Of a stretch of 64,000 nucleotides of DNA, positions 40,889-54,392 are shown one piece after another (position 1 is the first letter of the stretch; every line of letters begins with the position of its first letter). The notes beneath the pieces are model-generated. The model saw only the letters and a list, made by a program, of their open reading frames with translations, searched no databases and was not told where the DNA came from. The position numbers and the translations under genes are program-made. Source of the stretch: Eledone cirrhosa (Eukaryota); NCBI GenBank assembly GCA_964016885.1, contig OZ024742.1:282472001-282536000 (forward strand). The letters are read 5' to 3'.

Positions 40889-41137
40889 ATATATATGTGT
40901 GTGTGTGTATGTGTATATATATATATACTCACGTATGCACATAAATACATGTGCATATATATATATGTATGCGTGTATGTATGCTTGTATTTAAGGGTGT
41001 CTATGTGTGCATAGAAAAGTATGCCATCAAATAAATTGAGATTTAAAAATTCACAGCTTCATTATTCGAATTAGACGTCGGCTGAAGGGGAACATGATTG
41101 CTCTCGGCTGACATGTAACTCTCAATAATGAAGCTCG

Positions 41138-41213
<76 letters not shown>

Positions 41214-41504
41214 TTCAAGAGTAACCAATCTTAAAGAGAGAGATGGAGATAGGAGAGGAGATAGGCGGGGAGAGATTGGTGAATTAGTTAGAAACAAAAG
41301 CATAAAGGCATGTGCTCAATGTGCAATATGCAGTGGAAAGCAGCTAGGTGGCTGGGTTCATGCAGAGGTTAGGTGCACAGAGCTGGAAATATTCATTCGT
41401 TAAGCAAAACGAGACCTCAAATTTCACAAGGAAGACATAATTAAAAGATTGTCAACATATTTTAGTTTGATGTAAGGAATGTAGAGAATAATAATAATAA
41501 TAAT

Positions 41505-41812
41505 AATTGTTTCTACTTTAGCCACAAGGCAGGTGCATTACTGGTACTTTATTTTATCGACCCCGTAAGGATGAAAGGCAAAGTCAACCTAGGCGGGATT
41601 TGAACTCAGATCGTAAAGGGACGTAACTATGCTGGAAAGCATGGCGTCCGACCCTCTACCGATACTGCCAATCCACCACCTAATAATATTAATAATAATT
41701 GTTTCTACTTTTGGCACAAGGCCAGCAATTATCCCAGTACATTACTGGTACTTCATTTTATCGACCCCGTAAGGATGAAAGGCAAAGTCAACCTCGGCGG
41801 GATTTGAACTCA
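41505..41812 (-). mobile_element. SINE family 1, one full and one partial copy
   Basis: Reverse complement of the core occurs twice. Confidence 0.85.
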
Positions 41813-42046
41813 GGTATATATATATACTTCCCCTGAAACCACCTTCTAATTAGTAAGGTAAATATGTCCATTGGCGGCCATCTTGTTACCCATAGGCAGA
41901 TCTCACACAATGCAGCTTCGACAGAAGAATACTGCTCGACTATGGCAGACAATTGATATACCCAGGACACCATAGTGAAATACCAATATATGGAACATTA
42001 CATGTATGTAACATTCTTTCCTTATTTTAATTTATATTCCTTTTGA

Positions 42047-42164
42047 AGTTCCGATGAGCTGCTCTATCTTTACCTGTGTTAATTATTTTCAACTGAACCA
42101 GATCAATAATGATATATAATCATTTGATCCAGAAATATTATATGGAGTAGCGAAATTGTAAACT
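42047..42164 (+). ncRNA. Hammerhead-like fold, core CCGATGA (U4C), long stem II
   Basis: AGTT-CCGATGA-GCTGCTC...GAGTAGC-GAAA-TTG-TA-AACT. Confidence 0.6.
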
Positions 42165-42288
42165 GACATTATTATTATTAATATTATTGTTATTATTCTC
42201 TACATTCCTTACATCAAACTAAAATATGTGGACAATCTTTTAATAATGTCTTCCTTGTGAAATTTGTTGTCTTGTTTTGCTTAACTAA

Positions 42289-42397
<109 letters not shown>

Positions 42398-42503
42398 AGG
42401 AACAGGAAGAACGGTTGAAGAACCCAAAAGCACACACTTCGTCCGTTCCCATGTCGATTCAGTTTGGATTGCCTCGGAAACATAACCTTATTATGTAACA
42501 AGC

Positions 42504-42573
42504 TGTCTGACGATGTCGCGACAATGGCACACAGAACAGTGTGGCCAATGTCGTCATTGAAATATATGTCACA
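42504..42573 (+). ncRNA. Minimal type I hammerhead ribozyme
   Basis: TGT-CTGACGA-TG..CGACA ATGG CACAC AGAACA GTGTG GCCA ATGTCG..-GAAA-T ATAT G-TC-ACA. Confidence 0.8.
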
Positions 42574-42582
42574 CCATTATTA

Positions 42583-42748
42583 TTGGCAGTATCGGTAGAG
42601 GGTCGGATGCCATGCTTTCCAGCATAGTTACGTCCCTTTACGATCTGAGTTCAAATCCCGACTTTCATCCTTACGGGGTCGATAAAATAAAGTACCAGTA
42701 ATGCACTTGGTAATTGCTGGCCTTGTACCTAAAGTAGAAACAATTATT
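42583..42748 (+). mobile_element. SINE family 1
   Basis: Diagnostic core and tail. Confidence 0.85.
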
Positions 42749-42871
42749 ATTAAAAGACTTGAACATCTGAAACTACTTCGCTTTTCCTTATTCGATATTT
42801 ACTCCGTCACTCCTATGTGGAATAAGTACGTTGAGGTTTTGAATTGAATTGCATCAATGTTTACCCTAAGA

Positions 42872-42961
<90 letters not shown>

Positions 42962-43085
42962 AGGAGGTGAGTTTTATTGTAGTACAATAAAGCAATGCAA
43001 ATATCGGATAAGTAGCACTCTACAGTTTGTAGGACTGGAGTATAAATAATATATGAGATCAAAAGATGGTTAAAAGAGTTCCATG

Positions 43086-43158
43086 TATTTTTATTATTCG
43101 CATTTCAAAAACCAAATATCATCATGCGATGACATTTGCGTTTTCGTCAGATAAAATA
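43086..43158 (-). ncRNA. Hammerhead ribozyme in the PLE 3' pseudo-LTR (sense to the ORF)
   Basis: TATTTTAT-CTGACGA-AAAC G CAAATGTCATC GCAT GATGATATTTG GTTTTT-GAAA-T GCGA A-TA-ATAAAA. Confidence 0.85.
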
Positions 43159-44220
43159 GGGAGACATGATATGAAGGTTAAAAAATACTTGTGAATAGTG
43201 CAGTTTTAAATCAACATATGAAAAGTAGTTTTAGATTAATGTGTGATATTGGGAACAAAATTGAGGGGGGTGGAAAGGATGAAAAAGAGGAGGAGATGAG
43301 AGTAAAGAATGGAGGGGGAAGAGTATAATAAGGAAGGATGAAATAGGAGGAGAGATGGGTGATAGAGAGAGAGAGATAGCTTTTATAACTGAGAAAAATA
43401 TATTGTTTTATAGAGAGAGGTTAAAAAACCGTTGGAAGATAATATATAAATTAAAAGAATTTGAAAATTAACGAAGAGAAAAATTTATGAATAATGTTAA
43501 GTTAAGGTTTGTATATTGAAGGGTTTAATAATATGTACGATGAAAAGAAATTGTTAATATCTATTAAGAATAATATTAAGTTAAGGTTTGAATATTGAAG
43601 GGTTTAATAATATGTGCGATGGAAAGAAATTGTTGATATGCAAAGAAGGAGATAGTGTTTAAGGAGAAGACCTTGACATCAAAATATGTATGTTTATGAA
43701 GTATTTCCTAATGGTAATAATATAATGTAATAAAGGAGATTAGTTAGGGTTTAAGTTTGAATTTCTGTGTTGTGATGTGTAATATGTAGAAATTAGACGA
43801 GCATGAAAGGGAGAAAAAAATAATGAATTGAGGATGAATAATCTAACGTCAAAAAAAAATGTTTATGTTTACGAAGGATTTTTCAAGGTGATACTAAAAA
43901 GCATTTAAAAGGGTAATAGTAAGTTTTATGGCCAGTGATAGGATGGAAGAAGGAAGAATGGATATATTGTGGTGAGTAATAATGAGAATTGAGAAGTATC
44001 TAGGAAGAAAAGGTACAGATTAGAGGTCAGAAATTAAAAGAAAAAAGGAAAAAAGGAAGAAAGGGAAGTGATAAATAGGAGTGATATAGAATGAGTAACT
44101 AGTATTATATAATGTATAATAAATAACATTGAAATAAGGTAGAAAGATGGGTATATTTTTAAAGAAATATATATATGTGCCTTTGAGAAAAAGGATTTTA
44201 AATTGGTAAAGTATTAGATA

Positions 44221-46230
44221 TTAGCTGTATACTTTATGGAATGTTCTGTGGAATTTATGCAAGCAGAGAGAAAACAAGTCAGTGCGTCTATTTATTATAG
44301 AATCTAAATTAGATATAATGGTAAATTTCTCACATAAACAGAGATTACATGTCTTGGATAGAGAGGCATTCAAGTATGGAGAAGCAGAACAAACCTTCCT
44401 CCAAGTGATATTATAGTTAATATTTTTGTCTTTCAAGGACCATATGAGTTCTGAGAGTGCCGTGTTGATTCTTTTAAGTTGGTATTTAAAAGATGAATGA
44501 TGATTATAAAGACGAGCTTTAAAGGAGGTGGAAGTGGAGCCAAAATAGGCAAAGGAATTGGTGTCAGTTATAACTTTACATTCATAGATTAAGTTTTTTC
44601 AAGACAATGGTTGTTCAGAGGACATTTATTTTTAACAGGGCAATTACAATTTCGATTAGAGAAATTAACAGTTATTAACAAGTGACCTAGTGTTATCTAT
44701 AGGAGGAATTGGATTGGAGAAGTTATTTACGATAGGAATAATAGTTTCTTGATTTAGATTGGGATTAAGAACATTTAACGAAGTTGCGTTTGACGTTGTA
44801 TTTGGCTTTGCAGAAATTAGCCTAGAGTTAACAATGACGTCGGGAGTACTATTACTATTATTATGATATTCAGTGTTGGAAGGAAGAGATTTAGTATTTA
44901 GTATTTTATTGTTGTGTTTAGAGATAATGTTGGAGATGTTGGAGGAGGTCGAATAGAAACATTTTATAGTGTTTGTTAAATATTTTACTATAGATATGTG
45001 AGGGGGGAAAGCATTTATTTAAGGCACTAAAGAATAATTTAGAAATATTATTATTAATAGTTATGGAGAAAGGAGCATTATACCAGATTATGTTTTTGTA
45101 TCTAGGTCTTTTATTAAAGTTATTGGAATGATCAGGATTAATTATTCTACTGTAAGATCTTCTAGGATTTGTTTCTTTACTATATTTGATTTTATCAGGA
45201 TAACCGGCTTTAGAAAGCGCGTTATTATAGTAATTGGCGTTAGCATCAAAGATGTTTTTATTAGATGATAGGTTGGATACTCTTTTTCCAATATTACTAA
45301 CTATAGCATTCTTAACATTAGTGGGGTGGTTAGATTTAAAATTAACATAATTTAGATTCTCATTGTTTTTATGGTAAGGGTAATATAGGCCAGTGTCAAG
45401 ATTAAGAGATACATCCCAGAAATTAGCTAGTTTGATGTTGTTATCAAATTCAATTTTTAAGTTATGTTGGTTAAAGAGATTACGTATATTGTTCTTAATA
45501 ATATTAAGGTTAACTATGTTGCAATTTAAGATAGTAAAAAGTCCATCGTGACGATAAATTCCACCGCGAAGTTGAGGAATTTTCAGATTCAAAGAGTTCA
45601 AAATAAAGATACCAATTAAATCTGTCAATTGGGATGAATCGGATGCACCCATTGTGATGTCAAAGTTGTTAGAGGTATCAGCTCTGGTCCAATATTCATT
45701 GTTGAACTCTAGGACGGTTTTACGTGCGGTGAGAATGATGTGAAGTTCATCTATGGTGATGTCTGAATATTTGTAAGCGAAAGATAGAGCATTGTTGAGA
45801 AGTGAGGGCGAAATAGAAGAATAGTAGCTGGCAATATCAAATTGAATAAATTTTTGTTTGTTTTTCATTTGTTGAACCAGCCAATCACTTCAGAAGTACC
45901 AAACCATAAATTTAAGTTCGAAGTAGAGCAATTAGAACGAACCTGTGGGATAATTCTATCCAAGATGGGTTTGATAACAACCCCCAGATCTGATTTAGAG
46001 GGGGCGATTAGTCTAACGGGTAGTTCAGTACGAAAGTTGTTTTTGTGATCCTTGAGATTTATCCTCGGAGTTCTTGGGAGGAATGGTTCGGTTTTTTTCC
46101 GATGCCAAGTTTTTACATAATCTCAGAAGCTTCAAAGTTTATGGATTCTAAATTATCATGGTTGGTTTTGCGATATTTTTTCCTAAGTTCCTTAAGGATA
46201 AGGTTGTTATAGTTATCCCTAGAAATACCA
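44221..46230 (-). pseudogene. PLE reverse transcriptase, Cys-rich linker and GIY-YIG endonuclease (frameshifted)
   Basis: KDHK.NF..PVRLIAPSKS upstream of the ORF; FDIASYYSSI, ITMGA, GIYRHDG (D-to-H in the YRDD motif), FWDVSLNL, SNHP; then CNC..CPL..CL, IY..YFGST..FK.R..H, LS..IW.LK, CNLCLCEK. Confidence 0.9.
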
Positions 46231-47079
46231 TATAAAAAATCCTTCGTAAACATAAACATTTTTTTTTTGACGTTAGATTATTCATCCTCAATTCATTATT
46301 TTTTTCTCCCTTTCATGCTCGTCTAACTTCTACATATTACACATCACAACACAGAAATTCAAACTTAAACCCTAACTAATCTCTTTTATTACATTATATT
46401 ATTACCATTAGGAAATACTTCATAAACATACATATTTTGATGTTAAGGTCTTCTCCTTAAACACTATCTCCTTTTTTGCTTTCTGCGCTCATTTGTAAAC
46501 AAACTATTTACATATATTAATTCATCCACTCTTCTACTTCTTTTCACAATATATCCTTAATTACATTACTATTTTTATTTTTTTTAATAATACATATCAA
46601 CAATTTCTTTCCATCGCACATATTATTAAACCCTTCAATATTCAAACCTTAACTTAATATTATTCTTAATACATATTAACAATTTCTTTTCATCGCACAT
46701 ATTATTAAACCCTTCAATATACAAACCTTAATTTAACATTATTCTTAAATTTTTCTCTTCGCTAATTTTCAAATTCTTTTAATTTATATATTATCTTCCA
46801 ACGGTTTTTTAACCTCTCTCTGTAAAACAATATATTTTTCTCAGTTATAAAAGCTATCTCTCTCTCTCTCTATCACCCATCTCTCCTCCTATCTCATCCT
46901 TCCTTATTATACTCTTCCCCCTCCATTCTTTACTCTCATCTCCTCCTCTTTTTCATCCTTTCCACCCCACCCCTCAATTTGTTTCCCAATATCACACATC
47001 AATCTAAAACTACTTTTCATATGTTGATTTAAAACTGCACTATTCACAAGTATTTTTTAACCTTCATATCATGTCTCCC

Positions 47080-47150
47080 TATTTTATCTGACGAAAACGC
47101 AAATGTCATCGCATGATGATATTTGTTTTTGAAATGCGCATAATAAAATA
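47080..47150 (+). ncRNA. Intact minimal hammerhead ribozyme in the inverted pseudo-LTR
   Basis: TATTTTAT-CTGACGA-AAAC..GTTTTT-GAAA-T GCGC A-TA-ATAAAATA; 8-bp stem I, palindromic GCGC loop III. Confidence 0.9.
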
Positions 47151-47250
47151 CATGGAACTCTTTTAACCATCTTTTGATCTTATATATTATACATATATAT
47201 ATATATATACATCCACAGATACATGCTTACATACACGCATACATACACAG

Positions 47251-47582
47251 ATGGAGGGCACTCCGTCAGTTACGACGACGAGTGTTCCAGTTGATCCGAT
47301 CAACGGAACAGCCTGCTCGTGAAATTAACTTGCAAGTGGCTGACCATTCCACAAATACACAAGTCCCTTTAACGTAGTTCTCAGGGAAATTCGGCGTGAC
47401 ACAGAATGTGACAAGGCTGGCCTATCGAATTACAGGTACAACTCATTTTTGCCACCTGAGTGGACTGGAGCAACGTGAAATAAAGTGTCTTGCTCAAGAA
47501 CACAAAGCGTCGCCAGGAGTCGAATTCACGACCTTACAATCGTGAGCCGAATTCCCAAACCACAAAGCCACGTGCCTTCACA
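47251..47582 (-). mobile_element. SINE family 2 (V-SINE-like core, inference)
   Basis: Minus strand GTGAAGGCACGTGGCT..GAATTCGACTCC..TTGAGCAAGACACTTTATTTCAC. Confidence 0.8.
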
Positions 47583-47779
47583 TACATACATACATGCATA
47601 CATGCTTATATATATACATACCTACATATGTACACATACATACATAATACATACATGCATGCATACATGCATGCATACATACATACATGCATACATACAT
47701 ACATACATACATACATACATACATACATACATACATACATACATACATACATACATACATACATACATACATACATGTT

Positions 47780-48200
47780 GATTGCTACTTCTATGTCAGA
47801 AAAATGCCATTCCTTCATTGAACATTGCACGAACATGTGAAAGCAGGTGACTTTTCAGACCCGCTTTTGTTTTGCAGGTACGTTCGCAGATGTGACACTT
47901 GAATTGTCTGTCTCCTGGCAATACTGGCCGAGGTATTTCTTCATGCATTCTTCCATGTCTGGTCAGTCCACCAGTTAACTTGCAAATTAAGTTACACTCA
48001 CTGAAAAATGTACAGTAAGTAATGATGTGGTCCGGAGGCGAAGAAGTCTCCACTGCCACAGTTTCGACAACAAACCTATCAAAGAGTGACCGAAGCTTTG
48101 ACTGCAGTAACATAATTGTTGTCTAACGTTGTTAACGAGCGGGCCTATATGATGAAGGACATTCCAAAAGTGACCATCCTTTCTTGTCAATGATATAGTT
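47780..48200 (-). mobile_element. RTE-clade LINE 3' fragment with C2H2 finger and (ATGT)n tail
   Basis: FKCHICERTCKTKAGLKSHLLSH. Confidence 0.65.
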
Positions 48201-49092
48201 TGATAGAGTTTGAGATATGAACATTTGATCTTCTATACAGAATGAAAAAATGTACTCAATACAAAAGTAGAGAGTAAATATTTGTTATATTGCTGAAATT
48301 ATTACCCCCAGAATCAACAGACAGCAATGGATGGAAAGAACGTAAGAAAGAGATACGGGGAGAGGGTGAACTACAGAATGAAAGAGAGAGAGAGGAAGAC
48401 GGGTGAGGAAAGCGAGTAGGGGAGTAGGAAGGTAGGTGAAAGAATTTCATATTTAAAAGACGTCACATACCGTGAAATGTAGAAACAGGAATCCAATTAT
48501 CCAACATCCCGTAGAAGCAAAACAAAGAATGGAAAGTAAAAAGTGAAGAAGGAAGGAAAGAAAAAAATGAAGGAAAGAAAGAAGGAAGGAAAGCAAAAAG
48601 AGAAAGAAACAGCCAAATAGACAAAAAATAAACAAAGAAGTTGAGTAATGAAGGAAAGAAGAAAGAAAAGAAAACACAAAACAAAGAGACGAATATAGGG
48701 AGAAAAAAGAAAAAAAAATGAAGCAGAAAGAAAGAAAGAAAAGAAGAAAGAAAAAGGAAAGAAGCAAAGAAAGAAGGAAAGAAAGAAGGACAGATAGAAA
48801 GAAAGAAAGAAAGAAAGATAAGAAAAAAGAAAGAAGAAAAATGAAAAGATGGAAAGTGAAAAAGTAAAAAAGACTAAGCAATGCGAGATTGATGTGTATG
48901 TTAAGTCATGTTGGGGTGGAGTGGGGGGAGGTAAGGTGTAGCATTGTGGTTGGGGGTGGAGTGGCTCCATAGTCACATTTAACAGTAACCTCGGGCTATG
49001 TTTGTGCCACTACTCACCTAGAATCTGTAGTTTCTATTAGCAAATGTTGGGGATGCGAGGGGCATTATCTACTCTCTACTTACCAAGCATCC

Positions 49093-49655
<563 letters not shown>

Positions 49656-49766
49656 ATTGAGTAAAATGATAAGTTGCATAACGTCGACTGCTTTTCCTAA
49701 TATTACATCATGATTGGCTATACGGAATCACCAGTTCTATCCAGTGGTGAACCACCAAACTTAAAT

Positions 49767-49794
<28 letters not shown>

Positions 49795-49799
<5 letters not shown>

Positions 49800-50208
49800 A
49801 AATTGAGGTTGGTAATGGCACATGGAATATATAAGAGACAGAATACTTTTTTGTGAAAAAAACATATAATTTTATAAGGTAAGGAAATAATTATTTCTAC
49901 TTTAGGCACAAGGTCAGCAATTATCCAGTACATTACTGGTACTTTATTTTATCGACCCCGTAAGGATGAAAGGCAAAGTCAACCTCGGCGGGATTTGAAC
50001 TCAGATCGTAAAAGGATGTAACTATGCTGGAAAGCATGGCGTTCGACCCTCTACCGATACTGCCAATCCACCGCCCTGAGGTAAGGAAATAATAAAGGGT
50101 ATTATACCCTTTATTATTTCCTTACCTTATAAAATTATATGTTTTTTCACAAAAAAGTATCCTGTCTCTTATATATTCCATGTGCCATTACCAACCTCAA
50201 TTTTCTCT
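49795..50208. repeat. Fold-back palindrome with a SINE inserted in the left arm
   Basis: Centre AAAGGGTAT-T-ATACCCTTT at ~50102; SINE 49892-50078 flanked by direct repeat AGGTAAGGAAATAAT. Confidence 0.9.
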
Positions 50209-50239
50209 ATAACCTTCGTTTTGTGTAGTAAATTACACT

Positions 50240-50277
<38 letters not shown>

Positions 50278-50611
50278 GTAATCTGAGCTTTTCGAATATT
50301 AATAATAATATCAGATCCGTTTGCAATTATGCAAACAGCTTCTTTTATAAGCCAGTTGTTATATATCTATATATATATATATGAATTTTCATTTTTCAAT
50401 TTCCTATTCTCTTTTCCCTATCTTCCATGATAAGTTTGGATCCAACTTAACCCCGTTATATGATTCTGTCGAAGTTACCTGATGAGGTCATCCTGTCTTG
50501 CTGGGAAATATGTACAGTGATTTCACGGAATTAAAATTTTAAAACATATCTCCCAGTCCGGCCTTCTGTTTTCGTTTTATGTATAAATAAATATATATAT
50601 ATATATGTATA

Positions 50612-51830
50612 TAAGGAAAAAAGATGAAATCGAAAATGCAACTGGAGTCTTTTTTTTTTAAATATATTTATTTGGTTCCTTTACCGGTTTCGTAGTTCTT
50701 GTGCTTTTCAAAATAGAATTGAGTTGGAGGGTTTGTGGTTTTTCTCAAATCTGGTTGGTGTTTGAATGTTACTTCTGTTTTATAAGGAAAAAAGTGGCTC
50801 GAAATGCCAGGTTTTTAGAGAAGTAATTAGGTTAGTGGGTGAGTAGGTATAATAAATTTCGCGCCAGTTCGCGTTACAAAGTTCTTATTATATTTGCCTT
50901 CAAAAAAAGGGGGCTCAGGTTGTTTTTTCATATATGAGTGAAGTTTGGTTGGTTGATGCAGTCACGTGAATAAGCACATCAGCTTTCGCGCCAATTTGTG
51001 TTTGAATTTCTTATTACTTTAAAAAAAAGTGGCTCACGAAGGCTTTTTTTATAAATATAATTTGATTGGTTATAGATGAAATTATGACTTTCACGTGAAC
51101 AAGAACATTAAATTTCGCGCCCGTATTTTGGAATTTTTCTGTAGCCATTTAGAGAATTTTAGCCAAACAAAAGATAATGGTCAAGAAAAAGGGATGGAGA
51201 GAGTTGCACTGCGTATGACTGATGTGCTGAAATGTAATTTGATTGGTTATAAATGAAATTATGACTGTCACGTGAACAAGTACATTAAATTTCGCGCCCG
51301 TATTTTGGAATTTTTCTGTAGACTTTTAGAGAATTTTGTGCCAAACAAAAGATAATGGTCAAGAAAAACAGGATGGGGAGAATTGTTCTGGTTCAGTGAT
51401 ATGGCTGGTGCGCTGGGGTGTTTGTATTGAAATAAAGAAAGTAGAGATATGTATGTTTATTTGTGTGCTGGTGTGTATGCGGTTGTGTAGGAAGATGATT
51501 CTATTAGTAGAAATGAGGGAGGGAGTTGTGTGTGTGTCTGTGTGTATGTCTGTTATATGTGTGTGTGTGTATGTGTGTGTTGGAGTATGGTTAGCATGTT
51601 AAGATGGAGAGAATATATATATTTTGTGTGTGTGTGTAGGAAAAGGATTCCGTTAGTAGAAATGGAGGAGGGAGTTATGTGTGTTTGGGGTGTGTGGTTA
51701 GCATGTTAAGGTGTTAGAGTATTAACGTATGTTAAGGTTTATTTAGTTCTGGTTTTTATTTTCTAAAATAGTGTTATGTGTGTGTGTGTGTGTCTGTTTG
51801 GATGGTTAGCATGTTATGGTGTTGACATAA
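50612..51830 (-). mobile_element. Non-coding repeat between (TA)n tracts, related to 8662-8815
   Basis: 50612-50748 is the inverse of 8668-8812; internal ~177-bp tandem units. Confidence 0.6.
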
Positions 51831-53059
51831 TGTATATATATATATATATATATATGATTTACTTATAAACCCTTTTAATATGATTGAGATAATTTATTTT
51901 GATCTATATTTGTGATGTTGCTGCTCCCTTAATTAATTCATTTAGTTTGAGTTGCTACTTTTTAAGGCGTTTTTTAGCTATTTTTAACGTGGCTCTTAAT
52001 ATCCACCCTTGTAAAACCGAACCGGCTACTTTTTAAGCAAAAAACAAGAGCTTTGTTTAAATGTATGTATGTGGGGGTTTTTACTTGTATAATTAGTTGT
52101 ATTCCTTGCATCGTGACTAACAAAGGTCAATTTATTTGAATTTTCTTGTAAAGGTCTGTAAGATAAGCTTACTGAAGAGGATGACTGTTTTAATTTACTA
52201 ATTAACCCATTTTGATTATGGTAACTGGTGTCTTCTCTTTGTCCCCCGAAACCGCTCTCTAAACAATTATGATTGAATTAACCAATTACAGTGTAAATAG
52301 AATTGCGTTTCCTTTTAAATGTATTTTTGCTTACTATGATTTTATTATATATATAAATTATTATACAAACAGCTCTGAAAATTTGGATTTTAGCCCTTAT
52401 CATCTGCGTCTTCACCACTACAACCACCGCCATCCCCATCTTTGTTAGCCTCCTCCTCATCATCATCACCATCATCATCATGGTATCGAAACCTCAAGAA
52501 TAATATTCCTCTCTATTGTGTAGTGAAAAAAAAAAGGAAAAATGAGTACATCTAGATACATACACAATCGCACATATACATATATGTAGAAACACACAAA
52601 GTATATCCTTAAACATATCCATATGTACACATACACACGCAAATACACACATTCACATAAACACATACACTCATAATACATACATATACAGAGAAAATTT
52701 GAGACATCTGTCTTATCTAAATGTCTGATAAGGATTTCAGAATCAAATCTAGTGAGAAAATAAAAATATTGTATATAGACATGTGTCCATGTGTACAAGG
52801 ATGCATGTATGTATGTTCTTCTGGTTTTATAATTTCACAAAGTTTTACCAATAGAGAGAGTCGGTTTCTAACATAGACACAAGACTCTCTCATTGGAATT
52901 TACACAACATCAACTAGGTAGATATGTATGTATGCATGCATGTGTAGATATGGATGTTATTGTATGTGTGGATGTGGATGTTTTGAGTTGTATGTTTGCA
53001 TGTGTATATGCTTTGCATCTGTACATGTGTATATGCAGTTATTAGATGCAATATGTTTG

Positions 53060-53580
53060 GAATGTTTTACATTAATGGATTGTACTTGTAATTTCCTAAC
53101 TAGTTGTGTTCTTTCAGTTCCTGTGAAGCCTAGCTTCTCAAAATTTGTATTGAGGCAGTTACTAACATACCCCAGTGCCCCAATAATCACAGGCATAAAT
53201 CTGAAGATGGGTGGAGTATCTGCAGATTTCTCTTTGATATTATATTGGCATCTGCTGGGCAGCTAATTTCCACTACTGTGCATGCCTTCTTTTCCCTGTC
53301 CCATATCATTATATCTGGTCTGTTAGGCCTGCATTTTATTGGGGATTTTACTGGAACATTCCACCAGTACTCTTTCATATTATGTACATGGATGTCTTCC
53401 ATATTGCTGTAGCTTTTAATGTGTTTATTATCGGGGCTATCTTTTTTACGAACTGCATTGTACAGTGTTTTGGCCACTACATCATGCCTCATAGGTAGAT
53501 AGTACCGCGATGACATCTTTGGACAGCTGCTGATGACATGGATGATATCCTTGATGTTAGTTCTGCAGAGTCTGCATTTG
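53060..53580 (-). mobile_element. R4/Dong-like non-LTR fragment (restriction-like endonuclease domain)
   Basis: RHDVVAK, YWWN, NRPDIMIWD, VVEISCP, PVIIGALG. Confidence 0.8.
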
Positions 53581-53833
53581 TATGTATGTTTGTATGTATG
53601 TATGTTTGTATATATGTATGTATGTAAGTATGTTTGTATGTTTGTATATATGTATGTATGTAAGTATATTTGTATGTAGGTATGTATGCATGTATGTATG
53701 TATTTATGTAGGTATTATGCATGTGTGTATGTATGTATCTATTTATGTATGCATGTATGTATGTATCTATTTAGGTATGTATGTATGTATGTATGTATGT
53801 ATGTATGTATGTATGTATGTATGTATGTATGTA

Positions 53834-54001
53834 TGGGCCCTGCACTATGTGTCAATAATGGTCACAAGTGTAGTCTTTGTGCCAGAGTTTTCAAGTCGCT
53901 GGCTGGACTAAAAAGTCACATTCGTTCAGCGCATCGGTAGGGGTTCTCCTACATGGATATAAAGTAGTGGCCGTACTCGAAAACGAGTTGGCAGCCACCA
54001 T
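53834..54001 (+). mobile_element. RTE-clade LINE 3' tip within (ATGT)n
   Basis: Matches 39166-39331. Confidence 0.8.
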
Positions 54002-54298
54002 GTATGTATGTATGTATGTATGTATGTATGTATGTATGTAGGTATTCATGTATGTATCTATGTATAAATGTTTGTATGTATGGTTGGATGGATGTAAGAA
54101 TATATATATATCTATGCATATATGTATGTATGTATATATGTATGTACGCAAGTATGTATGTATGTATGCATCTATCTATCTCTTTATGTATGCGTGTATG
54201 TATGGATGGATGATTGTAAGAATGTATGTATATACATATATATATGTATGAATGTAATCATGCATCTGTGTATGGATGAATTGAGGGATGTAAAAATG

Positions 54299-54392
<94 letters not shown>

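Larger units (their letters stand above)
43046..47190 (-). mobile_element. Penelope-like retroelement, 5'-truncated, with inverted pseudo-LTR
   Basis: 43046-43883 is the inverse of 46235-47190; RT and GIY-YIG relics lie between; hammerhead near each outer end. Confidence 0.92.

Noticed and set aside
52166-52263. Hammerhead CTGAAGA..CGAAACCGCTCTC
   Set aside because: Stem III mispaired and stem II poorly defined; likely decayed
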